Notes: generated by a model from the sequence alone, not told the origin. Counted from the stretch's first letter, positions 1 to 9,118 are shown. The stretch: DNA of 52,820 nucleotides from a virus (IMGVR_UViG_3300032322_000399:1-52820); one strand, 5' to 3'. Translations and numbers: made by a program.

Positions 1-221
1 CCGATCCCGGCGTCCCACGCCCGGTACTGCACCGGCTCGATGACCTCATACTCGGCAGGGTCGAGATCCCACACCGCGAGCAGTTCAGCCCAGTCCCGAG
101 GCGGAGCGTCGAGCGGGCTCGTCGTAAGGGTGCCGGAGTTACCGTCCCACGCGACACCGGGCTCCCAGCCCGCAGGCGGGCGAGGCGCTGCGGCCCCGCG
201 ATAGTCCGAGGTCGGGCCCGG
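1..221. repeat. Terminal direct repeat, left copy (circular overlap)
   Basis: 1-221 matches 52600-52820 with 4 mismatches (positions 81, 123, 126, 168). Confidence 0.95.
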
Positions 222-257
222 TGACAGGAGAGCGTCGAGGTCTTCGTCAATGGACAC
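1..257 (-). CDS. N-terminal part of the metallophosphoesterase that continues across the circular junction into 51663-52820
   Basis: GTG at 257 reads MSIDEDLDALLSPGPTSDY...WAELLAVWDLDP, in frame with ORF 51663..52673. Confidence 0.8.
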   Translation of the reverse strand, partial: MSIDEDLDALLSPGPTSDYRGAAAPRPPAGWEPGVAWDGNSGTLTTSPLDAPPRDWAELLAVWDLDPAEYEVIEPVQYRAWDAGI

Positions 258-507
258 GACGGCTCCTCATCGTCTCTCGCGCTTCCATACCGGCGAGAGT
301 GAGACTGTCGGCGATCTGGCGCAGCGCATCGGAAACCGCCAACGCTGCCGTGTGTTTCCACGGATCCCCGGCAGCCTTCGCAGCCTGCCCGTGTTCGTGG
401 CCTTCGGTCTCGACGTTGCGTAGGTAGACGATCATCGACTCGCAGTCGAGCCACACGCGATCGTCACCCTGCACCATGAGCGTGATGTCTTTCAGGGGCA
501 CAAGCAT
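247..507 (-). CDS. Hypothetical protein
   Basis: Overlaps both neighbours; protein-like composition. Confidence 0.65.
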   Translation of the reverse strand: MLVPLKDITLMVQGDDRVWLDCESMIVYLRNVETEGHEHGQAAKAAGDPWKHTAALAVSDALRQIADSLTLAGMEARETMRSRRVH

Positions 508-758
508 CCTGTCCCGTTCGTCCTACGGCGACGGTGCCTCGTGAGCGACGAGTACGAGACGTTGTAGCCGTGGCGTTCGAGCACCTGAGAGATACGGGCC
601 GAGGACACGCTCTCCTTCAGCAGGAGGGCCTCGACCTTCTCGCGCACATCCTCGGGCAGCGCCGCGATCACGACACCCGCCGTACACGGTGTCTTCGGCC
701 TCGACGGGGAAGTCAGTAGGTCATCTAGATCCGCTAGGAGATCCTTCGAGTCGGACAC
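492..758 (-). CDS. Small putative HTH/Zn-binding protein
   Basis: Helical core, SARISQVLERHGYNVSYSSLTRHRR, terminal CLC. Confidence 0.65.
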   Translation of the reverse strand: MSDSKDLLADLDDLLTSPSRPKTPCTAGVVIAALPEDVREKVEALLLKESVSSARISQVLERHGYNVSYSSLTRHRRRRTNGTGCLCP

Positions 759-762
759 GCGA

Positions 763-915
763 TCACGACTCGCTCTTGTTGTCGGCCTTGCACCGGGAGC
801 ACCTGATCTCCCACGGCCTAGATACGCGCACGGCTAGAAGCCTATTGCATCTCCAGCAACGGGGGGCCTCATCTGTCACAACGCCACGCCCGTAGGCGTC
901 CGGCTGCCCGCTCAT
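763..915 (-). CDS. Mu Com-like zinc-ribbon protein (50 aa, not in ORF track)
   Basis: MSGQPDAYGRGVVTDEAPRCWRCNRLLAVRVSRPWEIRCSRCKADNKSES; ATGA overlap with upstream gene. Confidence 0.7.
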   Translation of the reverse strand: MSGQPDAYGRGVVTDEAPRCWRCNRLLAVRVSRPWEIRCSRCKADNKSES

Positions 916-1115
916 CCCTGCTCCTGACAGTCAGGGCACATCCAGCCGTCAGGGTTCGTGAAAGTCGCCAGGGACACCCGGTTCCGATGCGTGCAGCCCG
1001 GCTCCCCGTCGAGAACCGCCACGAGCATCTTCCTAGCAGCGAACAGACCCGCGATCGCCGCGTCGAGCGCCCCGACCGCCGCCTCGGCAGCCACGCGCTC
1101 CTTTCTTACGCTCAC
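912..1115 (-). CDS. Small Cys/His protein
   Basis: CTH...CPDC; GTGA and ATGA coupling to neighbours. Confidence 0.65.
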   Translation of the reverse strand: MSVRKERVAAEAAVGALDAAIAGLFAARKMLVAVLDGEPGCTHRNRVSLATFTNPDGWMCPDCQEQG

Positions 1116-1513
1116 GGCAGCACCATAGCCTCGAAGTTCACCGACACGAGCGGACGATCATTCTGGTCAGGGCCGAGCGGGTTCACCGAGCCCACGGGCC
1201 GGATCCGCATAATCCGGATCCCCGAGAGGGTCGTGTCCGTGATCGCCCCCACGAGTGCCCGCAGCGTGTGCGCCTTGTCCCGGGCCGTGGGGTAGTCGTC
1301 GCGACCTGCCCGGCACATGATCTGGATACGGGGCCGGTCGATCGCCGTCGCCGCAGCCCCGAACGTCTCATCGGGCAGACCCCCCTCGTACTCGAACACG
1401 CCCACGCACACGTCAGGGCTCGACGGCATCCGCCCCAGGTACAGGTTCGTCCCGAGGGTGCCGTGCCCCTGCGCTTGCAGGTAGTTGCCTACCGCCTCTA
1501 ACACCGTGCTCAT
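1112..1513 (-). CDS. Tail terminator / tail completion protein
   Basis: LGTNLYLGRMP...RPRIQIMCRAGRDDY...DQNDRP..SVNF; last gene of neck block. Confidence 0.75.
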   Translation of the reverse strand: MSTVLEAVGNYLQAQGHGTLGTNLYLGRMPSSPDVCVGVFEYEGGLPDETFGAAATAIDRPRIQIMCRAGRDDYPTARDKAHTLRALVGAITDTTLSGIRIMRIRPVGSVNPLGPDQNDRPLVSVNFEAMVLP

Positions 1514-1914
1514 GCGAGTCCTCTCATCGCCGCGTCCACGCGGTCAGCGATCCTCGACGCGATATCTCTCGCGCCCTCGACCACGGGCTGCTCTAGGAAC
1601 TTCGCCTGCGTCGGAGAGTCGTGGGACGTGTCTAGCCGTTCGTGGACATACGTCGCGTACGGGGCAGCCGCGCCGCCGTAACCCATCTCGACCTCGATAT
1701 CCGAACCCGACACCTTCGGCGGAAGCACCTGACCGGAAGCCCGCAGCGCACCCGTCCGCACCGGGACGAGCCTCTGCGACTCCGCGAAGATGATCTGCGC
1801 CTCCTCATAGATCGCGCGAGCCGTGGCCTGCGCCGCCGCAGGCCCACCCTTAGCAAGCAGGTTTAGAAGTTTCTCCTCACCGAGGAGGTCGATGCTGACG
1901 CGAACAGTCGCCAC
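1510..1914 (-). CDS. HK97 gp10-like neck protein
   Basis: VPVRTGALRAS, YATYVHE, QAKFLE motifs. Confidence 0.8.
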   Translation of the reverse strand: MATVRVSIDLLGEEKLLNLLAKGGPAAAQATARAIYEEAQIIFAESQRLVPVRTGALRASGQVLPPKVSGSDIEVEMGYGGAAAPYATYVHERLDTSHDSPTQAKFLEQPVVEGARDIASRIADRVDAAMRGLA

Positions 1915-1917
1915 GGG

Positions 1918-2244
1918 TCACCGACCTAACGTGACAACGGTGTGATGATCCCCGGCCTCATCGCCCACCACGTCCACGGCGACGATGATCGGCGACGTGC
2001 CGTCCGGCAGCACGATCCGGTGGTTCGTTGTAAGCGCCGGAGCCCCATACAGATACACGACCCCGATCACCGCGACCTCACGGCCCTGATCGTCACGAGT
2101 CAGCCGCGAGTCCGCCTGGATCCGCGCGTTGTACGTCGTCCCCGACGCGCTGAACGTGCGCTTCCCGTAGGCATCGGTCGAGGACTGCGGATACACCGTC
2201 ACGGTGTCCACCATCATCGACAGGAACTCAGACTCGATCGCCAC
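1918..2244 (-). CDS. Head closure (stopper) protein
   Basis: DAYGK motif, beta-rich, 108 aa, position in neck block. Confidence 0.7.
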   Translation of the reverse strand: MAIESEFLSMMVDTVTVYPQSSTDAYGKRTFSASGTTYNARIQADSRLTRDDQGREVAVIGVVYLYGAPALTTNHRIVLPDGTSPIIVAVDVVGDEAGDHHTVVTLGR

Positions 2245-2247
2245 GTC

Positions 2248-2664
2248 TCACCCTCGCAGGTTGTCGAGCATCCCGACCGCGAACTCGGTCCCCGTGTTCG
2301 TGGTGCGCTTCTCCGAGCGCACGATCGCGTCCGCCTTGATCCACGGCTCGGGAGGCGCGGTGCGGTTCCGCTGCGACGCGAGCCTGTCAGCCACGTCACG
2401 GAACTGTTGCGCCGCCGACGAGTAGTCCTTCGACAGGGACAGGTCACCGACCGACTTCGAGGTCGTGGCCTTCCCCGAGTACCGGGCCGCGAGACCCTCC
2501 GCTGCCGCGCGAGCGGCCTCGTACACGTCAGGCCAAGATTCGAGAAGGTACTCGATCTCCTCGTCCGTGAGTGTCGCCTCGGCGGTCGAGGACACGTCAC
2601 CGACAAGGAAGCGCACCTTGTCACGGTCGGAGACCGAAGGATCCCCGGTGTATGTCCAACTCAT
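2248..2664 (-). CDS. Head-tail adaptor
   Basis: DKVRFLVGD...LTDEEIEYLL...SKSVGDLSLS. Confidence 0.75.
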   Translation of the reverse strand: MSWTYTGDPSVSDRDKVRFLVGDVSSTAEATLTDEEIEYLLESWPDVYEAARAAAEGLAARYSGKATTSKSVGDLSLSKDYSSAAQQFRDVADRLASQRNRTAPPEPWIKADAIVRSEKRTTNTGTEFAVGMLDNLRG

Positions 2665-2672
2665 GCCGACTC

Positions 2673-3533
2673 CTAGTAGTAGATGAGGACGCGACCGTCG
2701 CCGCCCGCAGCACCAGCGCCTCCGGTGCCGGAGCCATTACCGCCGCCCCCACCGCCGCCTCCGCCAGCGCCACCCGCACCACCGGCTCCGCCGACTGTCG
2801 TAGATGCCGCCGCGCTTCCGTTCGATCCGGCAGCGACCATGCCAGCGCCGCCACCGCCACCGCCGCCAGCGGTATTAGCCGTGCCGCCAGTAGATGCGGC
2901 GAATGAGCCAGACTGCCCGCCAGCGCCGCCAGCCGCTCCGGCCCCCCCGCCGCCGCCGCCGCCGATAAGTCCCGCACCCCCGGCACCGCCCGCCGTGGTA
3001 CTAACACCGGAACCGCCGCCGCCGCCCGAGATGCCCGCGCCCCCAGCGCCGCCGCCACCGCCACCGCCAGCACCGCCGTAGGTGATCAGGAACGTGCTAG
3101 CAGCGCCCCCCGCTCCTGGGTTCCCGGAACTACCCCCGGCACCGCCGCCAGCGGAGCCAAGTGCTCCCGCAGTTCCAGCGACACCATTTGCTCCGACGAT
3201 ACCCGCCCCGCCGCCGCCAGCGACAAGCGAGGAATACTGACTCACTCCGCCAGTTCCACCAGCGGCTCCAGCGCCCCCAGCGGCACCCCCAGAGCCAATG
3301 ATGACTCGCGTGACGGCAGGAACCCATGCCTGCATGACCGCTCCGGCGCCGCCACCCGTACCTGGGTTCGTGGTGCTGGCACCGGCGCCACCCCCGCCAC
3401 CGCCGATGCAGACCGCATACACGAACGTGACACCCGCCGGTATCGTCACCGTACCCGTAGACGTAACCGTGTGACGCAACGTCAACCTAGACGGGTCAAC
3501 ACCCGCAGAAGGAGGGAAGGATGAGACGCCCAT
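2673..3533 (-). CDS. Glycine-rich fibre protein (paralogue 3)
   Basis: VTIPAGVTFVYAVCIGGGGGG...GGDGRVLIYY. Confidence 0.75.
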   Translation of the reverse strand: MGVSSFPPSAGVDPSRLTLRHTVTSTGTVTIPAGVTFVYAVCIGGGGGGAGASTTNPGTGGGAGAVMQAWVPAVTRVIIGSGGAAGGAGAAGGTGGVSQYSSLVAGGGGAGIVGANGVAGTAGALGSAGGGAGGSSGNPGAGGAASTFLITYGGAGGGGGGGAGGAGISGGGGGSGVSTTAGGAGGAGLIGGGGGGGAGAAGGAGGQSGSFAASTGGTANTAGGGGGGGAGMVAAGSNGSAAASTTVGGAGGAGGAGGGGGGGGGNGSGTGGAGAAGGDGRVLIYY

Positions 3534-3838
3534 CAGGTGATCTCCACTCCTGAGACGTGCAGATCCACGGACGTAGCCGACGCGCCGCCCGTGATCGTCT
3601 CTGTCGTCGCGAGAGGCTGCTTCAAGTCGAGGACGTACGTCGTATTCGCAGGCACCGCCGCGGCGTTCAGGATGTCAATACCGTTCAGGAACATCGTCGC
3701 CGTCTGCGTCGAGGCTGACGTGTTCACCACGGCGATCTGCGTCACGATCGTGGTCGTGGACGCCGGGGTCGTGTACAAGACCGTCGCCGTGTTAGTAGTA
3801 GCCGCCCCTCGGAACAGGGCCTTCGCAGTAGCAGCCAT
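3533..3838 (-). CDS. Small beta-rich fibre adaptor (paralogue of 5721-6050)
   Basis: LYTTPASTTTIVTQIAVVN...SGVEIT; TAATG coupling at 3838. Confidence 0.7.
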   Translation of the reverse strand: MAATAKALFRGAATTNTATVLYTTPASTTTIVTQIAVVNTSASTQTATMFLNGIDILNAAAVPANTTYVLDLKQPLATTETITGGASATSVDLHVSGVEIT

Positions 3839-3969
3839 TAGGCCCACGCTCCCATTAGGGTCATGATCTCGATCTCATTCGCGTCATCCGCGAGGAACTG
3901 GATGTCGCGCGGCACGTTCGGGGTGTCACTACCCGCGGGGTAGCGGAAACCCACGTTCGTCTCAGGCAT
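3838..3969 (-). CDS. 43-aa fibre anchor peptide
   Basis: MPETNVGFRYPAGSDTPNVPRDIQFLA resembles N-terminus of 8507-9094; ends IMTLMGAWA. Confidence 0.6.
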   Translation of the reverse strand: MPETNVGFRYPAGSDTPNVPRDIQFLADDANEIEIMTLMGAWA

Positions 3970-4186
3970 CGCTCTCGGGCTCCTCGACGGGCTCGGGCTC
4001 CTCGACCGCAGGCGGCTCGGGAGCCGGAGGCGCGGTCCACACGCCGTCCACGAGTGTCCAGCCGATCCACGGATCGCCCTCAGTCTCAACCGCAGACAAA
4101 CCCGTGACCTCCTCAGCGATATCCTGCGAGTCCGCCACGATCACGTTCACTACCGTCGAACCGTCGTGAATAGCGAAGTTAGGCAT
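3962..4186 (-). CDS. Fibre-associated small protein (paralogue of 7420-7749)
   Basis: MPNFAIHDGSTVVNVIVA...IGWTLVDGVWTAP; GAGAGGGA RBS. Confidence 0.65.
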   Translation of the reverse strand: MPNFAIHDGSTVVNVIVADSQDIAEEVTGLSAVETEGDPWIGWTLVDGVWTAPPAPEPPAVEEPEPVEEPESDA

Positions 4187-4197
4187 ATTTCCCTCTC

Positions 4198-4884
4198 TTA
4201 CCTGTATTCCTTGCGCGACCAGAACTGACGCTTGTACGAGTTGAACCAGAGTGAGCGCAGCCTCACAGCCGCTCTCGCCTGAGCGCGGCGATCGTCGTTT
4301 CCGCCTAAGGTCATCTTCCACGAGTCACGCCTAAACGGGATCACCTGAGCGATCGGTGTACCGGCGGGGATTAGGCCCTGCCACTTAGAGTCATTGAGAA
4401 CGAATGGGAAGTTCACCGGAGCCGTGTATCTATCTGTGTCCACGATGCCCGGCAGGATAGTGAACATACCGTTGGGGTTGTGCATAGGTGGGACGAACAG
4501 GCATGAGTGCCCACGCGGAGTCCTAATCGCCCACGGGTTCATCCACTTCGGGTATGCGGGCATAGAGTTCGCCTGCGGATGCTTGTCGGCCTGCTCTATG
4601 GGATGGAACGAAAGCATCTCAGCGAGAGTCCACTCGTACCAAGGCATACCGTCGCGCTGAGTCACCTGCACATCCGCGTAGGTGCGAAGTATGTATCCAG
4701 CCGTCATAGCGTCGAAGACCGGGATGCACTTCTTCACGGTATGCGGTGTCTGCCCGAAGTCAATAACACGCTTACCGCCAATGTACTCCGGCGTTGCCTT
4801 GTACCACTCAGGCAGCAAGCGGCTAGCAGGGACAGGAGCGTACTGCTCATCTATCCCTACGGTGTCCGTGAGTGTGATCTGCAT
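4198..4884 (-). CDS. DUF6065-like protein (possible dUTPase-like fold)
   Basis: PEWYK, TVKKCIPVFDAMTAGY, GIVDTD, IPAGTPIAQVIPF. Confidence 0.55.
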   Translation of the reverse strand: MQITLTDTVGIDEQYAPVPASRLLPEWYKATPEYIGGKRVIDFGQTPHTVKKCIPVFDAMTAGYILRTYADVQVTQRDGMPWYEWTLAEMLSFHPIEQADKHPQANSMPAYPKWMNPWAIRTPRGHSCLFVPPMHNPNGMFTILPGIVDTDRYTAPVNFPFVLNDSKWQGLIPAGTPIAQVIPFRRDSWKMTLGGNDDRRAQARAAVRLRSLWFNSYKRQFWSRKEYR

Positions 4885-4899
4885 CAGATAGTTCGCCCG

Positions 4900-5721
4900 T
4901 CACACCAGCGGTAGAACATAGACGACTCCGGCACTACCGGCAGCCCCGGCATTACGAGCGGGCCACACCCCGCCGCCGCCCGCGCCGTATCCGCTTCCGG
5001 CACCACCGGCAACATTGAAGGTAGCGTGGGCACCTCCCGTGCCGATGCCACTTCCGGCTCCGCCGCCCCCTCCCGTAGTGGCGAAGGCGAGTGTGGTCGT
5101 GAACCCGGGTGATGATACGAGACCGGACCCGGCTCCGCCCGGTGTGCCGCCTACCCCGTTGAAACTACCGCCGTTAGCCGTGAGGGCACCGAACGATGTT
5201 GCTCCGCCCGCTGCACCGTACAGTCCAGCCGCTCCGATGGTCACCGAAGTCGTGGCGTTGGTCGTTATCTTCTGCACAAGAACTCCCCCACTACCTCCGC
5301 CAAGACCCTGCACATTCTGGCTTCCGCCTCCGCCGCCGCCGACGACACACACGAACATAGTTCCGGTCGTGGTGTAGTTACCCGTAGCGGTGATAGTCGC
5401 GGGAGTCCCGAATGTTGTAGAGCCTGCGGTTACAGACGCGAGGCGCTCAATCGCAAGGATGCCTGCCGACTGAAGCGAGTACATGATCTCAGTTGCGTCT
5501 GCCGTGAGTTCCACGAGAACCTCGGCGGTTCCTGTGGCCCCGGCGATCCTTGTGCTAGAAGAGTCGAAGAAGATTACGTTGAAGGTCTGTCCGGGGGTGC
5601 TGAACTTCACCGCATACGCGCCTGCGGGCAGGTTGACCGTAGCCCGAGCGACAGCGGTGCTTCCTACCGTGGCCCACGCTCCTACCCTGCTTACGAGGGG
5701 AGCGACCCGTGAGATACCCAT
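4900..5721 (-). CDS. Glycine-rich fibre protein (paralogue 2)
   Basis: VCVVGGGGGG...GSAGVVYV. Confidence 0.75.
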   Translation of the reverse strand: MGISRVAPLVSRVGAWATVGSTAVARATVNLPAGAYAVKFSTPGQTFNVIFFDSSSTRIAGATGTAEVLVELTADATEIMYSLQSAGILAIERLASVTAGSTTFGTPATITATGNYTTTGTMFVCVVGGGGGGSQNVQGLGGGSGGVLVQKITTNATTSVTIGAAGLYGAAGGATSFGALTANGGSFNGVGGTPGGAGSGLVSSPGFTTTLAFATTGGGGGAGSGIGTGGAHATFNVAGGAGSGYGAGGGGVWPARNAGAAGSAGVVYVLPLV

Positions 5722-6050
5722 CAGGTGATCTCCGTTCCGTACAGGTTGAACGTTAGATTCGCATTACCCCCGTACACGGTCACCACATCTGCCGCGTCTA
5801 CGGTGATACCAAGAGACAAGGCCACGATGTCATTCGCGGCGATAGCGGTGTCGAAGGCGATGTAGTGCTGATTCGCCAGCGTCGCCGCGTTAGGGCGGAC
5901 GGCGATTCTGAACGTGGTAGCCGATGCCGCCCGGTTAGCGACCACGATGGAGGAGATCACGACCTGCGTCGATGCGGTCACCGTGTAGATGTCCGTGTTC
6001 GTCGTGGCGCTCGGGGCTGACTGCCCCAACACCTTGTACGCGATCGGCAT
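5721..6050 (-). CDS. Small beta-rich fibre adaptor
   Basis: MPIAYKVLGQSAPSATTNTDIYTV...YGTEIT; AGGAGAGG RBS. Confidence 0.75.
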   Translation of the reverse strand: MPIAYKVLGQSAPSATTNTDIYTVTASTQVVISSIVVANRAASATTFRIAVRPNAATLANQHYIAFDTAIAANDIVALSLGITVDAADVVTVYGGNANLTFNLYGTEIT

Positions 6051-6111
6051 TAGCCTCTCCTAACCCGGGTTACCCGCTCTATCACGGGGATGGTGTTCAG
6101 TCTACCGCCGG

Positions 6112-6870
6112 TCACGCCGCACCCGTGAACACGAACGGATGCGGATCCCGCACCTCCGCGGCCTCCGCTGCCGCCCTACCGGCCTGCGCCGTAGCCTGCG
6201 ACGCCTGCGCCGCCGTCGCGTAGTTCTGGATCGCCGCAGACGTGGCGAGGATCTGCGCGGTGATGAGCGCCGTGTACGTCGCAGGTCCGCTCGACGCGAG
6301 CAGCGTGTACGTCGCGTAGCCCACGGGAACCGAGTTGTACACGCTCGTCATGATGATCCCGGTCGTGGGCGGGGTCGTGTCCACGGTCGCTTCGGCAGCC
6401 GTGACCCGGATCGCCAGCGAAGCGTAGATCGCCTGCGACGCGAGCGAGACGTGCGGGGTCACCGCGGCGGCAGGGGCAAGGTCTGCCATGTCCGCGCTAA
6501 CCTGCGTCGCCTCTCCGTACGACTCGCCTAGCGTGATCCAGTAGGCGTACGTCTGCTGCCCGAACTCCGTGTATGTCAAGGGAACGGGTAGAACCATCGA
6601 GAACGTCCGGCCCGACGCGAAGGACTCCGTGACCGTGTAGGTGAACGTCTCATGGAAGTCCGGATCATTCGTTGAAGGTAGCGTCGCCGAGAACTGACCG
6701 TTCGCATCCAACGTCGCGTAATACGCCGAGGGAACAAGGATCTGATCCGCGAGCGCGTTCCGCAGCATCTTCGGCACCCGGAAGATAACCTGACCGGCTA
6801 TCGCGTTCCCCTGGAAGTCCACATACGTCCCCGTCACGACCACCGTGGACACGTTCGATGCGAGAGGCAT
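6112..6870 (-). CDS. Structural/fibre protein (paralogue of 6872-7417)
   Basis: Shared N-terminal domain (G.YVD..G.AIAGQV.F...LDANG.F...LP.T.DPD) and C-terminal HPFVF.G. Confidence 0.7.
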   Translation of the reverse strand: MPLASNVSTVVVTGTYVDFQGNAIAGQVIFRVPKMLRNALADQILVPSAYYATLDANGQFSATLPSTNDPDFHETFTYTVTESFASGRTFSMVLPVPLTYTEFGQQTYAYWITLGESYGEATQVSADMADLAPAAAVTPHVSLASQAIYASLAIRVTAAEATVDTTPPTTGIIMTSVYNSVPVGYATYTLLASSGPATYTALITAQILATSAAIQNYATAAQASQATAQAGRAAAEAAEVRDPHPFVFTGAA

Positions 6871-6871
6871 G

Positions 6872-7417
6872 TCAGATCCCCAGGAACACGAACGGGTGCA
6901 GGATCCTGGCCTCCGCTGCCGCCGCAGCGTTCGCCGCCGTCGTCGCGGCAGCCGACGCCGTAGCGACCTGCCCCGCCGCCGTCTGCACCGAAGTGGTCAC
7001 CGTCTCGATCGTGCCGACCCGCGTCTCCAACGCCCCGAACGTCGAAAGCAGGACGTAAGTGTTCGCTTCAGACGAGCCCGCCGGAACCGCCGGAGCCAGA
7101 TCCGCGAGGTTCTGTGTCGAAGGTGCAGCAGAGAGCGTGATGTCGAACGTCCGCCCCCCCGTGAACGCCTCCTCGACCCTGTAAGTGAACGCCGTGGGAG
7201 ACACGTCCGGGTCGTCAGTTGCCGGGAGCACCGTAGTGAACGCACCGTTCGCGTCGAGATCCACCACGATCGTCTTAGGGACGATGATCTGATTCGCTGT
7301 CGAGTCCGTGAGGATCGCCCGAGGCGTGAACTTCACCTGGCCCGCGATAGCGGCACCAGATACGTCCACGAACTGCCCGCCCAGGGTCACCGTAGATAGG
7401 TTAGGTGTTAGAGGCAC
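6872..7417 (-). CDS. Structural/fibre protein
   Basis: Paralogue of 6112-6870; Ala-rich coil; ends HPFVFLGI. Confidence 0.7.
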   Translation of the reverse strand: MPLTPNLSTVTLGGQFVDVSGAAIAGQVKFTPRAILTDSTANQIIVPKTIVVDLDANGAFTTVLPATDDPDVSPTAFTYRVEEAFTGGRTFDITLSAAPSTQNLADLAPAVPAGSSEANTYVLLSTFGALETRVGTIETVTTSVQTAAGQVATASAAATTAANAAAAAEARILHPFVFLGI

Positions 7418-7419
7418 AT

Positions 7420-7749
7420 CTACTCCTCACCGTCAGACTCAACGATCCACGAGTAAGTGTCCGTGTCGAACACGGCATCCGCTGACGGCCTCGGCAGAGG
7501 GACGAACATGTCCAGTTCAGCGTCGTAGCACGATCCCGGCCCCGGGTAGGTGCCGCGAAACGGTGTGCCGCCCGCAACATGCTTACCGAGGATCGTGTTG
7601 TAGGAGCAGCGCTTCCAAGTTCCGGGCATCCCGCACTCCGCGAGATACACATTCACCGCAGTCTCGTCATCCTCATTCACAGACACGCTATTGACCACGA
7701 CGACCTCCTCCACGATGCTGTTTTCAGCGAGCCGTGCGTAATGCGCCAT
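7420..7749 (-). CDS. Fibre-associated chaperone-like protein
   Basis: MAHYARL..N.IVEEVVVV...WKRCSYN...FRGTYPGPG..YD..LDMF.P. Confidence 0.7.
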   Translation of the reverse strand: MAHYARLAENSIVEEVVVVNSVSVNEDDETAVNVYLAECGMPGTWKRCSYNTILGKHVAGGTPFRGTYPGPGSCYDAELDMFVPLPRPSADAVFDTDTYSWIVESDGEE

Positions 7750-8507
7750 TAGCCGATCACCACAATCACGATTCCCGACCCGCCTGTACTAACGATCGCC
7801 CCGCCGCCGCCGCCCCTGTTAGCGGTGCCGTTAGTGCCGTTGGGGTTACCCGCACCGCCGCCACCTCCTGTTCCGCCTGCGCCGAACCCGCCTGAGTTGT
7901 TGTATCCTGCGCCACCGCCTGCGTAGAAAACCGAAGATCCGGTGATCGAGTTCGATGCACCCGCGCCGCCGTCCAGCCCAATGCCAGCCGCTCCGGCACC
8001 CCCGCCGCCGCCGCTCTGAGTACCCGTGCCTGAAGTGCCGTTATTGCCCTGCGTCAGAATAGCCAGCCCACCCGCGTTCTGCGACGCGCTACCCCCCCCG
8101 CCTGACCCGCCCCTGACGGCGGGCTGTGCCGTCCCACCGCCACCTCCGCCTACCGCGACATAGGGGCCAAGCCGCGAGTCACTACCGAAGTTGGCAATCC
8201 CAGAGCCACCCCCCCCGATAGTGACGGTCTGCACGCCAACTGGAAGCCACACGGTAGTGGAGTAAACATAGCCACCCGCACCTCCACCCCCGGGCTGCGA
8301 ACCATTGTTCGCTCCGCCCCCGCCGCCGCCGACGATAAGCGCCTCCACCATGCCAGCAGCACTAACCGTGATAGACCCTGATCCGGTGAACGTGTAGATC
8401 GTCTTTCCCGGCCTGTTAGTCGTGTTAGTCGTGGCCCCAGACGAACCAGAGACGACCGCAAGCGGTGTGCCACCACCACCGAACGCGAACCCTGCAAACG
8501 TAGGCAT
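7749..8507 (-). CDS. Glycine-rich fibre protein (paralogue 1)
   Basis: YTFTGSGSI...LIVGGGGGG...YAGGG...GGSGIVIV. Confidence 0.8.
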   Translation of the reverse strand: MPTFAGFAFGGGGTPLAVVSGSSGATTNTTNRPGKTIYTFTGSGSITVSAAGMVEALIVGGGGGGANNGSQPGGGGAGGYVYSTTVWLPVGVQTVTIGGGGSGIANFGSDSRLGPYVAVGGGGGGTAQPAVRGGSGGGGSASQNAGGLAILTQGNNGTSGTGTQSGGGGGAGAAGIGLDGGAGASNSITGSSVFYAGGGAGYNNSGGFGAGGTGGGGGAGNPNGTNGTANRGGGGGAIVSTGGSGIVIVVIG

Positions 8508-9094
8508 CAGGCAGCCCTCGCCAATCCCTCGATGACCGTGAACGTAGCGTTCGCGGTCTTGATTATCGTCGCCGTGTAGATGTCGATCGAGTTCGCATTA
8601 CCGGCGCTGGGAGCGGTGCCGCCGATCCAACGCGGAGTGACAGCGGAGCCGTCCACCTGAAACGCTGTCTGGTAGTAGGCGGTGCCGCCGTTCGTCACGA
8701 GGAACGCGATAGTGATGGACTGGCCCGTGGAGAGGAGCGAGTTCAGAGTTGTACCCCCGTTGCCGCGTACGTTCAGCGTCCAGTTCGCAGAAGCGTTCGT
8801 CGTGTAGTAGACGACGCTCGACGTGATCGCATCGAAAGCGATCGTGCCAGTCGCAGCCGTGGCGGAGATCGTGATTGTCTCCTCCGGTGCCGTCAGCACG
8901 GGCGACGTGAGCGAGGCGTTCGCGAGTGTCGCGTATGTCGAAGCCGCCGAGGACTGCGACAGGTACGTCGAAGCCGCCGTCGCAGACTTCAGATACGCAC
9001 CCTCCACGCCGAGCGCGAGCGCCTGCAAGTCCGCGGGCACATTAGCGGCGTCCGAAGAAGACGGGAACGGAAGCCCGCCCGGAGTCGTAGGCAC
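8507..9094 (-). CDS. Fibre base protein
   Basis: MPTTPGGLPFP...NVPADLQAL; PRWIGGTAPSAGNANSIDIY. Confidence 0.7.
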   Translation of the reverse strand: MPTTPGGLPFPSSSDAANVPADLQALALGVEGAYLKSATAASTYLSQSSAASTYATLANASLTSPVLTAPEETITISATAATGTIAFDAITSSVVYYTTNASANWTLNVRGNGGTTLNSLLSTGQSITIAFLVTNGGTAYYQTAFQVDGSAVTPRWIGGTAPSAGNANSIDIYTATIIKTANATFTVIEGLARAA

Positions 9095-9118
9095 TTATGA
9101 ACCTCCCCTAGATGCGCC

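Noticed and set aside
2683-3081. Pro-rich plus-strand ORF (also 5015-5377 and similar)
   Set aside because: Antisense shadow of Gly-rich minus-strand genes; no RBS.
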